Shown: one piece after another, positions 27,101 through 42,580 of the stretch | How positions within the stretch are numbered: position 1 is the stretch's first letter | Layout of the letters: every line of letters starts with the position of its first letter | Assembly: GCA_964016885.1 (NCBI GenBank) | Contig: CAXHJY010001603.1 | Coordinates: 89,932 to 153,931, forward strand | Origin: Eledone cirrhosa | Taxonomy: Eukaryota | DNA length: 64,000 nucleotides | Direction of reading: 5' to 3' | Notes under the pieces: generated by a model | What the model was told of the DNA's origin: nothing | Databases searched by the model: none | The model's input: the letters and a program-made list of their open reading frames with translations, nothing else | Program-made: the position numbers and the translations under genes

Positions 27101-30100
27101 CAACAAAGTCCGCCGGCGAATGGTGTGCTTCGAAGAAAACGAATCCAAAAATGTCGATTTGCCGGCGGAGTTACCTTTTCAATCGCGCGCCGGCTGCCCG
27201 TGTCCGGATCGATCTGTAATTACTGGTACATGTGCAGACACTCATTGGCTATGTGTGGCGTGAATTTCAGCAAGATATCTCCGTAAAATCAATATTTGTG
27301 GCTGTGGAACCAAACCGTGTTAAACGTCAACAAAGTCCGCCGGCGAATGGTGTGCTTCGAAGAAAACGAATCCAAAAATGACGATTAGCCGGCGGATTTA
27401 CCTTTTCAATCGCGGGCCGGCCGCCCATGGTCGGATCGATCTGTAATTACTGGTACAGGTGCAGACACTCATTGGCTATGTGTGGCGTGAATTTCAGCCA
27501 GATATCTCCGTAAAATCAATAGTTGTGGCTGTGGAACCAAACCGTGTTAAACGTCAACAAAGTCCGCCGGCGAATGGTGTGCTTCGAAGAAAACGAATCC
27601 AAAAATGACGATTAGCCGGCGGATTTACCTTTTCAATCGCGGGCCGGCCGCCCGTGGTCGGATCGATCTGTAATTACTGGTACATGTGCAGACACTCATT
27701 GGCTATGTGTGGCGTGAATTTCAGCAAGATATCTCCGTAAAATCAATAGTTGTGGCTGTGGAACCAAACCGTGTTAAACGTCAACAAAGTCCGCCGGCGA
27801 ATGGTGTGCTTCGAAGAAAACGAATCCAAAAATGACGATTAGCCGGCGGATTTACCTTTTCAATCGCGGGCCGGCCGCCCGTGGTCGGATCGATCTGTAA
27901 TTACTGGTACATGTGCAGACACTCATTGGCTATGTGTGGCGTGAATTTCAGCAAGATATCTCCGTAAAATCAATAGTTGTGGTTGTGGAACCAAACCGTG
28001 TTAAACGTCAACAAAGTCCGCCGGCGAATGGTGTGCTTCGAAGAAAACGAATCCAAAAATGTCGATTTGCCGGTGGAGTTACCTTTTCAATCGCGGGCCG
28101 GCCGCCCGTGTCCGGATCGATCTGTAATTACTGGTACATGTGCAGACACTCATTGGCTATGTGTGGCGTGAATTTCAGCAAGATACCTCCGTAAAATCAA
28201 TAGTTGTGGTTGTGGAACCAAACCGTGTTAAACGTCAAGAAAGTCCGCCGGCGAATGGTGTGCTTCGAAGAAAACGAATCCAAAAATGACGATTAGCCGG
28301 CGGATTTACCTTTTCAATCGCGGGCCGGCCGCCCGTGGTCGGATCGATCTGTAATTACTGGTACATGTGCAGACACTCATTGGCTATGTGTGGCGTGAAT
28401 TTCAGCAAGATATCTCCGTAAAATCAATAGTTGTGGTTGTGGAACCAAACCGTGTTAAACGTCAACAAAGTCCGCCGGCGAATGGTGTGCTTCGAAGAAA
28501 ACGAATCCAAAAATGTCGATTTGCCGGTGGAGTTACCTTTTCAATCGCGGGCCGGCCGCCCGTGTCCGGATCGATCTGTAATTACTGGTACATGTGCAGA
28601 CACTCATTGGCTATGTGTGGCGTGAATTTCAGCAAGATACCTCCGTAAAATCAATAGTTGTGGTTGTGGAACCAAACCGTGTTAAACGTCAAGAAAGTCC
28701 GCCGGCGAATGGTGTGCTTCGAAGAAAACGAATCCAAAAATGACGATTAGCCGGCGGATTTACCTTTTCAATCGCGGGCCGGCCGCCCGAGGTCGGATCG
28801 ATCTGTAATTACTGGTACATGTGCAGACACTCATTGGCTATGTGTGGCGTGAATTTCAGCAAGATATCTCCGTAAAATCAATAGTTGTGGCTGTGGAACC
28901 AAACCGTGTTAAACGTCAACAAAGTCCGCCGGCGAATGGTGTGCTTCGAAGAAAACGAATCCAAAAATGTCGATTTGCCGGCGGAGTTACCTTTTCAATC
29001 GCGCGCCGGCTGCCCGTGTCCGTATCGATCTGTAATTACTGGTACATGTGCAGACACTCATTGGCTATGTGTGGCGTGAATTTCAGCAAGATACCTCCGT
29101 AAAATCAATAGTTGTGGTTGTGGAACCAAACCGTGTTAAACGTCAAGAAAGTCCGCCGGCGAATGGTGTGCTTCGAAGAAAACGAATCCAAAAATGACGA
29201 TTAGCCGGCGGATTTACCTTTTCAATCGCGGGCCGGCCGCCCGTGGTCGGATCGATCTGTAATTACTGGTACATGTGCAGACACTCATTGGCTATGTGTG
29301 GCGTGAATTTCAGCAAGATATCTCCGTAAAATCAATAGTTGTGGCTGTGGAACCAAACCGTGTTAAACGTCAACAAAGTCCGCCGGCGAATGGTGTGCTT
29401 CGAAGAAAACGAATCCAAAAATGTCGATTTGCCGGCGGAGTTACCTTTTCAATCGCGCGCCGGCTGCCCGTGTCCGGATCGATCTGTAATTACTGGTACA
29501 TGTGCAGACACTCATTGGCTATGTGTGGCGTGAATTTCAGCAAGATATCTCCGTAAAATCAATATTTGTGGCTGTGGAACCAAACCGTGTTAAACGTCAA
29601 CAAAGTCCGCCGGCGAATGGTGTGCTTCGAAGAAAACGAATCCAAAAATGACGATTAGCCGGCGGATTTACCTTTTCAATCGCGGGCCGGCCGCCCATGG
29701 TCGGATCGATCTGTAATTACTGGTACAGGTGCAGACACTCATTGGCTATGTGTGGCGTGAATTTCAGCCAGATATCTCCGTAAAATCAATAGTTGTGGCT
29801 GTGGAACCAAACCGTGTTAAACGTCAACAAAGTCCGCCGGCGAATGGTGTGCTTCGAAGAAAACGAATCCAAAAATGACGATTAGCCGGCGGATTTACCT
29901 TTTCAATCGCGGGCCGGCCGCCCGTGGTCGGATCGATCTGTAATTACTGGTACATGTGCAGACACTCATTGGCTATGTGTGGCGTGAATTTCAGCAAGAT
30001 ATCTCCGTAAAATCAATAGTTGTGGCTGTGGAACCAAACCGTGTTAAACGTCAACAAAGTCCGCCGGCGAATGGTGTGCTTCGAAGAAAACGAATCCAAA

Positions 30101-31399
30101 AATGACGATTAGCCGGCGGATTTACCTTTTCAATCGCGGGCCGGCCGCCCGTGGTCGGATCGATCTGTAATTACTGGTACATGTGCAGACACTCATTGGC
30201 TATGTGTGGCGTGAATTTCAGCAAGATATCTCCGTAAAATCAATAGTTGTGGTTGTGGAACCAAACCGTGTTAAACGTCAACAAAGTCCGCCGGCGAATG
30301 GTGTGCTTCGAAGAAAACGAATCCAAAAATGTCGATTTGCCGGTGGAGTTACCTTTTCAATCGCGGGCCGGCCGCCCGTGTCCGGATCGATCTGTAATTA
30401 CTGGTACATGTGCAGACACTCATTGGCTATGTGTGGCGTGAATTTCAGCAAGATACCTCCGTAAAATCAATAGTTGTGGTTGTGGAACCAAACCGTGTTA
30501 AACGTCAAGAAAGTCCGCCGGCGAATGGTGTGCTTCGAAGAAAACGAATCCAAAAATGACGATTAGCCGGCGGATTTACCTTTTCAATCGCGGGCCGGCC
30601 GCCCGTGGTCGGATCGATCTGTAATTACTGGTACATGTGCAGACACTCATTGGCTATGTGTGGCGTGAATTTCAGCAAGATATCTCCGTAAAATCAATAG
30701 TTGTGGCTGTGGAACCAAACCGTGTTAAACGTCAACAAAGTCCGCCGGCGAATGGTGTGCTTCGAAGAAAACGAATCCAAAAATGTCGATTTGCCGGCGG
30801 AGTTACCTTTTCAATCGCGCGCCGGCTGCCCGTGTCCGTATCGATCTGTAATTACTGGTACATGTGCAGACACTCATTGGCTATGTGTGGCGTGAATTTC
30901 AGCAAGATATCTCCGTAAAATCAATATTTGTGGCTGTGGAACCAAACCGTGTTAAACGTCAACAAAGTCCGCCGGCGAATGGTGTGCTTCGAAGAAAACG
31001 AATCCAAAAATGACGATTAGCCGGCGGATTTACCTTTTCAATCGCGGGCCGGCCGCCCATGGTCGGATCGATCTGTAATTACTGGTACAGGTGCAGACAC
31101 TCATTGGCTATGTGTGGCGTGAATTTCAGCCAGATATCTCCGTAAAATCAATAGTTGTGGCTGTGGAACCAAACCGTGTTAAACGTCAACAAAGTCCGCC
31201 GGCGAATGGTGTGCTTCGAAGAAAACGAATCCAAAAATGACGATTAGCCGGCGGATTTACCTTTTCAATCGCGGGCCGGCCGCCCGTGGTCGGATCGATC
31301 TGTAATTACTGGTACATGTGCAGACACTCATTGGCTATGTGTGGCGTGAATTTCAGCCAGATATCTCCGTAAAATCAATAGTTGTGGCTGTGGAACCAA

Positions 31400-34300
31400 A
31401 CCGTGTTAAACGTCAACAAAGTCCGCCGGCGAATGGTGTGCTTCGAAGAAAACGAATCCAAAAATGTCGATTTGCCGGCGGAGTTACCTTTTCAATCGCG
31501 GGCCGGCCGCCCGTGTCCGGATCGATCTGTAATTACTGGGACATGTGCAGACACTCATTGGCTATGTGTGGCGTGAATTTCAGCAAGATACCTCCGTAAA
31601 ATCAATAGTTGTGGTTGTGGAACCAAACCGTGTTAAACGTCAACAAAGTCCGCCGGCGAATGGTGTGCTTCGAAGAAAACGAATCCAAAAATGACGATTA
31701 GCCGGCGGATTTACCTTTTCAATCGCGGGCCGGCCGTCCGTGGTCGGATCGATCTGTAATTACTGGTACATGTGCAGACACTCATTGGCTATGTGTGGCG
31801 TGAATTTCAGCAAGATATCTCCGTAAAATCAATAGTTGTGGCTGTGGAACCAAACCGTGTTAAACGTCAACAAAGTCCGCCGGCGAATGGTGTGCTTCGA
31901 AGAAAACGAATCCAAAAATGTCGATTTGCCGGCGGAGTTACCTTTTCAATCGCGCGCCGGCTGCCCGTGTCCGGATCGATCTGTAATTACTGGTACATGT
32001 GCAGACACTCATTGGCTATGTGTGGCGTGAATTTCAGCAAGATATCTCCGTAAAATCAATATTTGTGGCTGTGGAACCAAACCGTGTTAAACGTCAACAA
32101 AGTCCGCCGGCGAATGGTGTGCTTCGAAGAAAACGAATCCAAAAATGACGATTAGCCGGCGGATTTACCTTTTCAATCGCGGGCCGGCCGCCCATGGTCG
32201 GATCGATCTGTAATTACTGGTACAGGTGCAGACACTCATTGGCTATGTGTGGCGTGAATTTCAGCCAGATATCTCCGTAAAATCAATAGTTGTGGCTGTG
32301 GAACCAAACCGTGTTAAACGTCAACAAAGTCCGCCGGCGAATGGTGTGCTTCGAAGAAAACGAATCCAAAAATGACGATTAGCCGGCGGATTTACCTTTT
32401 CAATCGCGGGCCGGCCGCCCGTGGTCGGATCGATCTGTAATTACTGGTACATGTGCAGACACTCATTGGCTATGTGTGGCGTGAATTTCAGCAAGATATC
32501 TCCGTAAAATCAATAGTTGTGGCTGTGGAACCAAACCGTGTTAAACGTCAACAAAGTCCGCCGGCGAATGGTGTGCTTCGAAGAAAACGAATCCAAAAAT
32601 GTCGATTTGCCGGCGGAGTTACCTTTTCAATCGCGCGCCGGCCGCCCGTGTCCGGATCGATCTGTAATTACTGGTACATGTGCAGACACTCATTGGCTAT
32701 GTGTGGCGTGAATTTCAGCAAGATATCTCCGTAAAATCAATATTTGTGGCTGTGGAACCAAACCGTGTTAAACGTCAACAAAGTCCGCCGGCGAATGGTG
32801 TGCTTCGAAGAAAACGAATCCAAAAATGACGATTAGCCGGCGGATTTACCTTTTCAATCGCGGGCCGGCCGTCCGTGGTCGGATCGATCTGTAATTACTG
32901 GTACATGTGCAGACACTCATTGGCTATGTGTGGCGTGAATTTCAGCAAGATATCTCCGTAAAATCAATAGTTGTGGCTGTGGAACCAAACCGTGTTAAAC
33001 GTCAACAAAGTCCGCCGGCGAATGGTGTGCTTCGAAGAAAACGAATCCAAAAATGACGATTAGCCGGCGGATTTACCTTTTCAATCGCGGGCCGGCCGCC
33101 CGTGGTCGGATCGATCTGTAATTACTGGTACATGTGCAGACACTCATTGGCTATGTGTGGCGTGAATTTCAGCAAGATATCTCCGTAAAATCAATAGTTG
33201 TGGTTGTGGAACCAAACCGTGTTAAACGTCAACAAAGTCCGCCGGCGAATGGTGTGCTTCGAAGAAAACGAATCCAAAAATGTCGATTTGCCGGTGGAGT
33301 TACCTTTTCAATCGCGGGCCGGCCGCCCGTGTCCGGATCGATCTGTAATTACTGGTACATGTGCAGACACTCATTGGCTATGTGTGGCGTGAATTTCAGC
33401 AAGATACCTCCGTAAAATCAATAGTTGTGGTTGTGGAACCAAACCGTGTTAAACGTCAAGAAAGTCCGCCGGCGAATGGTGTGCTTCGAAGAAAACGAAT
33501 CCAAAAATGACGATTAGCCGGCGGATTTACCTTTTCAATCGCGGGCCGGCCGCCCGTGGTCGGATCGATCTGTAATTACTGGTACATGTGCAGACACTCA
33601 TTGGCTATGTGTGGCGTGAATTTCAGCAAGATATCTCCGTAAAATCAATAGTTGTGGCTGTGGAACCAAACCGTGTTAAACGTCAACAAAGTCCGCCGGC
33701 GAATGGTGTGCTTCGAAGAAAACGAATCCAAAAATGTCGATTTGCCGGCGGAGTTACCTTTTCAATCGCGCGCCGGCTGCCCGTGTCCGGATCGATCTGT
33801 AATTACTGGTACATGTGCAGACACTCATTGGCTATGTGTGGCGTGAATTTCAGCAAGATATCTCCGTAAAATCAATATTTGTGGCTGTGGAACCAAACCG
33901 TGTTAAACGTCAACAAAGTCCGCCGGCGAATGGTGTGCTTCGAAGAAAACGAATCCAAAAATGTCGATTTGCCGGCGGAGTTACCTTTTCAATCGCGGGC
34001 CGGCCGCCCGTGTCCGGATCGATCTGTAATTACTGGGACATGTGCAGACACTCATTGGCTATGTGTGGCGTGAATTTCAGCAAGATACCTCCGTAAAATC
34101 AATAGTTGTGGTTGTGGAACCAAACCGTGTTAAACGTCAACAAAGTCCGCCGGCGAATGGTGTGCTTCGAAGAAAACGAATCCAAAAATGACGATTAGCC
34201 GGCGGATTTACCTTTTCAATCGCGGGCCGGCCGTCCGTGGTCGGATCGATCTGTAATTACTGGTACATGTGCAGACACTCATTGGCTATGTGTGGCGTGA

Positions 34301-36450
34301 ATTTCAGCAAGATATCTCCGTAAAATCAATAGTTGTGGCTGTGGAACCAAACCGTGTTAAACGTCAACAAAGTCCGCCGGCGAATGGTGTGCTTCGAAGA
34401 AAACGAATCCAAAAATGTCGATTTGCCGGCGGAGTTACCTTTTCAATCGCGCGCCGGCTGCCCGTGTCCGGATCGATCTGTAATTACTGGTACATGTGCA
34501 GACACTCATTGGCTATGTGTGGCGTGAATTTCAGCAAGATATCTCCGTAAAATCAATATTTGTGGCTGTGGAACCAAACCGTGTTAAACGTCAACAAAGT
34601 CCGCCGGCGAATGGTGTGCTTCGAAGAAAACGAATCCAAAAATGACGATTAGCCGGCGGATTTACCTTTTCAATCGCGGGCCGGCCGCCCATGGTCGGAT
34701 CGATCTGTAATTACTGGTACAGGTGCAGACACTCATTGGCTATGTGTGGCGTGAATTTCAGCCAGATATCTCCGTAAAATCAATAGTTGTGGCTGTGGAA
34801 CCAAACCGTGTTAAACGTCAACAAAGTCCGCCGGCGAATGGTGTGCTTCGAAGAAAACGAATCCAAAAATGACGATTAGCCGGCGGATTTACCTTTTCAA
34901 TCGCGGGCCGGCCGCCCGTGGTCGGATCGATCTGTAATTACTGGTACATGTGCAGACACTCATTGGCTATGTGTGGCGTGAATTTCAGCAAGATATCTCC
35001 GTAAAATCAATAGTTGTGGCTGTGGAACCAAACCGTGTTAAACGTCAACAAAGTCCGCCGGCGAATGGTGTGCTTCGAAGAAAACGAATCCAAAAATGTC
35101 GATTTGCCGGCGGAGTTACCTTTTCAATCGCGCGCCGGCCGCCCGTGTCCGGATCGATCTGTAATTACTGGTACATGTGCAGACACTCATTGGCTATGTG
35201 TGGCGTGAATTTCAGCAAGATATCTCCGTAAAATCAATATTTGTGGCTGTGGAACCAAACCGTGTTAAACGTCAACAAAGTCCGCCGGCGAATGGTGTGC
35301 TTCGAAGAAAACGAATCCAAAAATGACGATTAGCCGGCGGATTTACCTTTTCAATCGCGGGCCGGCCGTCCGTGGTCGGATCGATCTGTAATTACTGGTA
35401 CATGTGCAGACACTCATTGGCTATGTGTGGCGTGAATTTCAGCAAGATATCTCCGTAAAATCAATAGTTGTGGCTGTGGAACCAAACCGTGTTAAACGTC
35501 AACAAAGTCCGCCGGCGAATGGTGTGCTTCGAAGAAAACGAATCCAAAAATGACGATTAGCCGGCGGATTTACCTTTTCAATCGCGGGCCGGCCGCCCGT
35601 GGTCGGATCGATCTGTAATTACTGGTACATGTGCAGACACTCATTGGCTATGTGTGGCGTGAATTTCAGCAAGATATCTCCGTAAAATCAATAGTTGTGG
35701 TTGTGGAACCAAACCGTGTTAAACGTCAACAAAGTCCGCCGGCGAATGGTGTGCTTCGAAGAAAACGAATCCAAAAATGTCGATTTGCCGGTGGAGTTAC
35801 CTTTTCAATCGCGGGCCGGCCGCCCGTGTCCGGATCGATCTGTAATTACTGGTACATGTGCAGACACTCATTGGCTATGTGTGGCGTGAATTTCAGCAAG
35901 ATACCTCCGTAAAATCAATAGTTGTGGTTGTGGAACCAAACCGTGTTAAACGTCAAGAAAGTCCGCCGGCGAATGGTGTGCTTCGAAGAAAACGAATCCA
36001 AAAATGACGATTAGCCGGCGGATTTACCTTTTCAATCGCGGGCCGGCCGCCCGTGGTCGGATCGATCTGTAATTACTGGTACATGTGCAGACACTCATTG
36101 GCTATGTGTGGCGTGAATTTCAGCAAGATATCTCCGTAAAATCAATAGTTGTGGCTGTGGAACCAAACCGTGTTAAACGTCAACAAAGTCCGCCGGCGAA
36201 TGGTGTGCTTCGAAGAAAACGAATCCAAAAATGTCGATTTGCCGGCGGAGTTACCTTTTCAATCGCGCGCCGGCTGCCCGTGTCCGGATCGATCTGTAAT
36301 TACTGGTACATGTGCAGACACTCATTGGCTATGTGTGGCGTGAATTTCAGCAAGATATCTCCGTAAAATCAATATTTGTGGCTGTGGAACCAAACCGTGT
36401 TAAACGTCAACAAAGTCCGCCGGCGAATGGTGTGCTTCGAAGAAAACGAA
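31400..36450. repeat. 11-monomer block duplication, 2497 bp, two copies
   Basis: Matching variant monomers at 31772/34269, 32453/34950, 33134/35631 and 33588/36085. Boundaries are approximate. Confidence 0.88.
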
Positions 36451-39400
36451 TCCAAAAATGACGATTAGCCGGCGGATTTACCTTTTCAATCGCGGGCCGG
36501 CCGCCCATGGTCGGATCGATCTGTAATTACTGGTACAGGTGCAGACACTCATTGGCTATGTGTGGCGTGAATTTCAGCAAGATATCTCCGTAAAATCAAT
36601 AGTTGTGGTTGTGGAACCAAACCGTGTTAAACGTCAACAAAGTCCGCCGGCGAATGGTGTGCTTCGAAGAAAACGAATCCAAAAATGTCGATTTGCCGGT
36701 GGAGTTACCTTTTCAATCGCGGGCCGGCCGCCCGTGTCCGGATCGATCTGTAATTACTGGTACATGTGCAGACACTCATTGGCTATGTGTGGCGTGAATT
36801 TCAGCAAGATACCTCCGTAAAATCAATAGTTGTGGTTGTGGAACCAAACCGTGTTAAACGTCAAGAAAGTCCGCCGGCGAATGGTGTGCTTCGAAGAAAA
36901 CGAATCCAAAAATGACGATTAGCCGGCGGATTTACCTTTTCAATCGCGGGCCGGCCGCCCGTGGTCGGATCGATCTGTAATTACTGGTACATGTGCAGAC
37001 ACTCATTGGCTATGTGTGGCGTGAATTTCAGCAAGATATCTCCGTAAAATCAATAGTTGTGGCTGTGGAACCAAACCGTGTTAAACGTCAACAAAGTCCG
37101 CCGGCGAATGGTGTGCTTCGAAGAAAACGAATCCAAAAATGTCGATTTGCCGGCGGAGTTACCTTTTCAATCGCGCGCCGGCTGCCCGTGTCCGGATCGA
37201 TCTGTAATTACTGGTACATGTGCAGACACTCATTGGCTATGTGTGGCGTGAATTTCAGCAAGATATCTCCGTAAAATCAATAGTTGTGGCTGTGGAACCA
37301 AACCGTGTTAAACGTCAACAAAGTCCGCCGGCGAATGGTGTGCTTCGAAGAAAACGAATCCAAAAATGACGATTAGCCGGCGGATTTACCTTTTCAATCG
37401 CGGGCCGGCCGCCCGTGGTCGGATCGATCTGTAATTACTGGTACATGTGCAGACACTCATTGGCTATGTGTGGCGTGAATTTCAGCAAGATATCTCCGTA
37501 AAATCAATAGTTGTGGCTGTGGAACCAAACCGTGTTAAACGTCAACAAAGTCCGCCGGCGAATGGTGTGCTTCGAAGAAAACGAATCCAAAAATGACGAT
37601 TAGCCGGCGGATTTACCTTTTCAATCGCGGGCCGGCCGCCCGTGGTCGGATCGATCTGTAATTACTGGTACATGTGCAGACACTCATTGGCTATGTGTGG
37701 CGTGAATTTCAGCAAGATATCTCCGTAAAATCAATAGTTGTGGTTGTGGAACCAAACCGTGTTAAACGTCAACAAAGTCCGCCGGCGAATGGTGTGCTTC
37801 GAAGAAAACGAATCCAAAAATGTCGATTTGCCGGTGGAGTTACCTTTTCAATCGCGGGCCGGCCGCCCGTGTCCGGATCGATCTGTAATTACTGGTACAT
37901 GTGCAGACACTCATTGGCTATGTGTGGCGTGAATTTCAGCAAGATACCTCCGTAAAATCAATAGTTGTGGTTGTGGAACCAAACCGTGTTAAACGTCAAG
38001 AAAGTCCGCCGGCGAATGGTGTGCTTCGAAGAAAACGAATCCAAAAATGACGATTAGCCGGCGGATTTACCTTACCAATCGCGGGCCGGCCGCCCGTGGT
38101 CGGATCGATCTGTAATTACTGGTACATGTGCAGACACTCATTGGCTATGTGTGGCGTGAATTTCAGCAAGATATCTCCGTAAAATCAATAGTTGTGGCTG
38201 TGGAACCAAACCGTGTTAAACGTCAACAAAGTCCGCCGGCGAATGGTGTGCTTCGAAGAAAACGAATCCAAAAATGTCGATTTGCCGGCGGAGTTACCTT
38301 TTCAATCGCGCGCCGGCTGCCCGTGTCCGTATCGATCTGTAATTACTGGTACATGTGCAGACACTCATTGGCTATGTGTGGCGTGAATTTCAGCAAGATA
38401 TCTCCGTAAAATCAATATTTGTGGCTGTGGAACCAAACCGTGTTAAACGTCAACAAAGTCCGCCGGCGAATGGTGTGCTTCGAAGAAAACGAATCCAAAA
38501 ATGACGATTAGCCGGCGGATTTACCTTTTCAATCGCGGGCCGGCCGCCCATGGTCGGATCGATCTGTAATTACTGGTACAGGTGCAGACACTCATTGGCT
38601 ATGTGTGGCGTGAATTTCAGCCAGATATCTCCGTAAAATCAATAGTTGTGGCTGTGGAACCAAACCGTGTTAAACGTCAACAAAGTCCGCCGGCGAATGG
38701 TGTGCTTCGAAGAAAACGAATCCAAAAATGACGATTAGCCGGCGGATTTACCTTTTCAATCGCGGGCCGGCCGCCCGTGGTCGGATCGATCTGTAATTAC
38801 TGGTACATGTGCAGACACTCATTGGCTATGTGTGGCGTGAATTTCAGCCAGATATCTCCGTAAAATCAATAGTTGTGGCTGTGGAACCAAACCGTGTTAA
38901 ACGTCAACAAAGTCCGCCGGCGAATGGTGTGCTTCGAAGAAAACGAATCCAAAAATGACGATTAGCCGGCGGATTTACCTTTTCAATCGCGGGCCGGCCG
39001 TCCGTGGTCGGATCGATCTGTAATTACTGGTACATGTGCAGACACTCATTGGCTATGTGTGGCGTGAATTTCAGCAAGATATCTCCGTAAAATCAATAGT
39101 TGTGGCTGTGGAACCAAACCGTGTTAAACGTCAACAAAGTCCGCCGGCGAATGGTGTGCTTCGAAGAAAACGAATCCAAAAATGACGATTAGCCGGCGGA
39201 TTTACCTTTTCAATCGCGGGCCGGCCGCCCGTGGTCGGATCGATCTGTAATTACTGGTACATGTGCAGACACTCATTGGCTATGTGTGGCGTGAATTTCA
39301 GCAAGATATCTCCGTAAAATCAATAGTTGTGGTTGTGGAACCAAACCGTGTTAAACGTCAACAAAGTCCGCCGGCGAATGGTGTGCTTCGAAGAAAACGA

Positions 39401-42400
39401 ATCCAAAAATGTCGATTTGCCGGTGGAGTTACCTTTTCAATCGCGGGCCGGCCGCCCGTGTCCGGATCGATCTGTAATTACTGGTACATGTGCAGACACT
39501 CATTGGCTATGTGTGGCGTGAATTTCAGCAAGATACCTCCGTAAAATCAATAGTTGTGGTTGTGGAACCAAACCGTGTTAAACGTCAAGAAAGTCCGCCG
39601 GCGAATGGTGTGCTTCGAAGAAAACGAATCCAAAAATGACGATTAGCCGGCGGATTTACCTTTTCAATCGCGGGCCGGCCGCCCGTGGTCGGATCGATCT
39701 GTAATTACTGGTACATGTGCAGACACTCATTGGCTATGTGTGGCGTGAATTTCAGCAAGATATCTCCGTAAAATCAATAGTTGTGGCTGTGGAACCAAAC
39801 CGTGTTAAACGTCAACAAAGTCCGCCGGCGAATGGTGTGCTTCGAAGAAAACGAATCCAAAAATGTCGATTTGCCGGCGGAGTTACCTTTTCAATCGCGC
39901 GCCGGCTGCCCGTGTCCGGATCGATCTGTAATTACTGGTACATGTGCAGACACTCATTGGCTATGTGTGGCGTGAATTTCAGCAAGATATCTCCGTAAAA
40001 TCAATATTTGTGGCTGTGGAACCAAACCGTGTTAAACGTCAACAAAGTCCGCCGGCGAATGGTGTGCTTCGAAGAAAACGAATCCAAAAATGACGATTAG
40101 CCGGCGGATTTACCTTTTCAATCGCGGGCCGGCCGCCCATGGTCGGATCGATCTGTAATTACTGGTACAGGTGCAGACACTCATTGGCTATGTGTGGCGT
40201 GAATTTCAGCAAGATATCTCCGTAAAATCAATAGTTGTGGTTGTGGAACCAAACCGTGTTAAACGTCAACAAAGTCCGCCGGCGAATGGTGTGCTTCGAA
40301 GAAAACGAATCCAAAAATGTCGATTTGCCGGTGGAGTTACCTTTTCAATCGCGGGCCGGCCGCCCGTGTCCGGATCGATCTGTAATTACTGGTACATGTG
40401 CAGACACTCATTGGCTATGTGTGGCGTGAATTTCAGCAAGATACCTCCGTAAAATCAATAGTTGTGGTTGTGGAACCAAACCGTGTTAAACGTCAAGAAA
40501 GTCCGCCGGCGAATGGTGTGCTTCGAAGAAAACGAATCCAAAAATGACGATTAGCCGGCGGATTTACCTTTTCAATCGCGGGCCGGCCGCCCGTGGTCGG
40601 ATCGATCTGTAATTACTGGTACATGTGCAGACACTCATTGGCTATGTGTGGCGTGAATTTCAGCAAGATATCTCCGTAAAATCAATAGTTGTGGCTGTGG
40701 AACCAAACCGTGTTAAACGTCAACAAAGTCCGCCGGCGAATGGTGTGCTTCGAAGAAAACGAATCCAAAAATGTCGATTTGCCGGCGGAGTTACCTTTTC
40801 AATCGCGCGCCGGCTGCCCGTGTCCGGATCGATCTGTAATTACTGGTACATGTGCAGACACTCATTGGCTATGTGTGGCGTGAATTTCAGCAAGATATCT
40901 CCGTAAAATCAATAGTTGTGGCTGTGGAACCAAACCGTGTTAAACGTCAACAAAGTCCGCCGGCGAATGGTGTGCTTCGAAGAAAACGAATCCAAAAATG
41001 ACGATTAGCCGGCGGATTTACCTTTTCAATCGCGGGCCGGCCGCCCGTGGTCGGATCGATCTGTAATTACTGGTACATGTGCAGACACTCATTGGCTATG
41101 TGTGGCGTGAATTTCAGCAAGATATCTCCGTAAAATCAATAGTTGTGGCTGTGGAACCAAACCGTGTTAAACGTCAACAAAGTCCGCCGGCGAATGGTGT
41201 GCTTCGAAGAAAACGAATCCAAAAATGACGATTAGCCGGCGGATTTACCTTTTCAATCGCGGGCCGGCCGCCCGTGGTCGGATCGATCTGTAATTACTGG
41301 TACATGTGCAGACACTCATTGGCTATGTGTGGCGTGAATTTCAGCAAGATATCTCCGTAAAATCAATAGTTGTGGTTGTGGAACCAAACCGTGTTAAACG
41401 TCAACAAAGTCCGCCGGCGAATGGTGTGCTTCGAAGAAAACGAATCCAAAAATGTCGATTTGCCGGTGGAGTTACCTTTTCAATCGCGGGCCGGCCGCCC
41501 GTGTCCGGATCGATCTGTAATTACTGGTACATGTGCAGACACTCATTGGCTATGTGTGGCGTGAATTTCAGCAAGATACCTCCGTAAAATCAATAGTTGT
41601 GGTTGTGGAACCAAACCGTGTTAAACGTCAAGAAAGTCCGCCGGCGAATGGTGTGCTTCGAAGAAAACGAATCCAAAAATGACGATTAGCCGGCGGATTT
41701 ACCTTACCAATCGCGGGCCGGCCGCCCGTGGTCGGATCGATCTGTAATTACTGGTACATGTGCAGACACTCATTGGCTATGTGTGGCGTGAATTTCAGCA
41801 AGATATCTCCGTAAAATCAATAGTTGTGGCTGTGGAACCAAACCGTGTTAAACGTCAACAAAGTCCGCCGGCGAATGGTGTGCTTCGAAGAAAACGAATC
41901 CAAAAATGTCGATTTGCCGGCGGAGTTACCTTTTCAATCGCGCGCCGGCTGCCCGTGTCCGTATCGATCTGTAATTACTGGTACATGTGCAGACACTCAT
42001 TGGCTATGTGTGGCGTGAATTTCAGCAAGATATCTCCGTAAAATCAATATTTGTGGCTGTGGAACCAAACCGTGTTAAACGTCAACAAAGTCCGCCGGCG
42101 AATGGTGTGCTTCGAAGAAAACGAATCCAAAAATGACGATTAGCCGGCGGATTTACCTTTTCAATCGCGGGCCGGCCGCCCATGGTCGGATCGATCTGTA
42201 ATTACTGGTACAGGTGCAGACACTCATTGGCTATGTGTGGCGTGAATTTCAGCCAGATATCTCCGTAAAATCAATAGTTGTGGCTGTGGAACCAAACCGT
42301 GTTAAACGTCAACAAAGTCCGCCGGCGAATGGTGTGCTTCGAAGAAAACGAATCCAAAAATGACGATTAGCCGGCGGATTTACCTTTTCAATCGCGGGCC

Positions 42401-42580
42401 GGCCGCCCGTGGTCGGATCGATCTGTAATTACTGGTACATGTGCAGACACTCATTGGCTATGTGTGGCGTGAATTTCAGCCAGATATCTCCGTAAAATCA
42501 ATAGTTGTGGCTGTGGAACCAAACCGTGTTAAACGTCAACAAAGTCCGCCGGCGAATGGTGTGCTTCGAAGAAAACGAAT
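35250..42580. repeat. 16-monomer block duplication, 3632 bp, two copies (partial third copy to about 46.3 kb)
   Basis: Private double substitution CCTTACCAAT at 38074 and 41706 (difference 3632). Matching monomers at 35631/39263, 36085/39717, 36539/40171, 36993/40625, 37674/41306/44938 and 38128/41760/45392. Confidence 0.92.
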
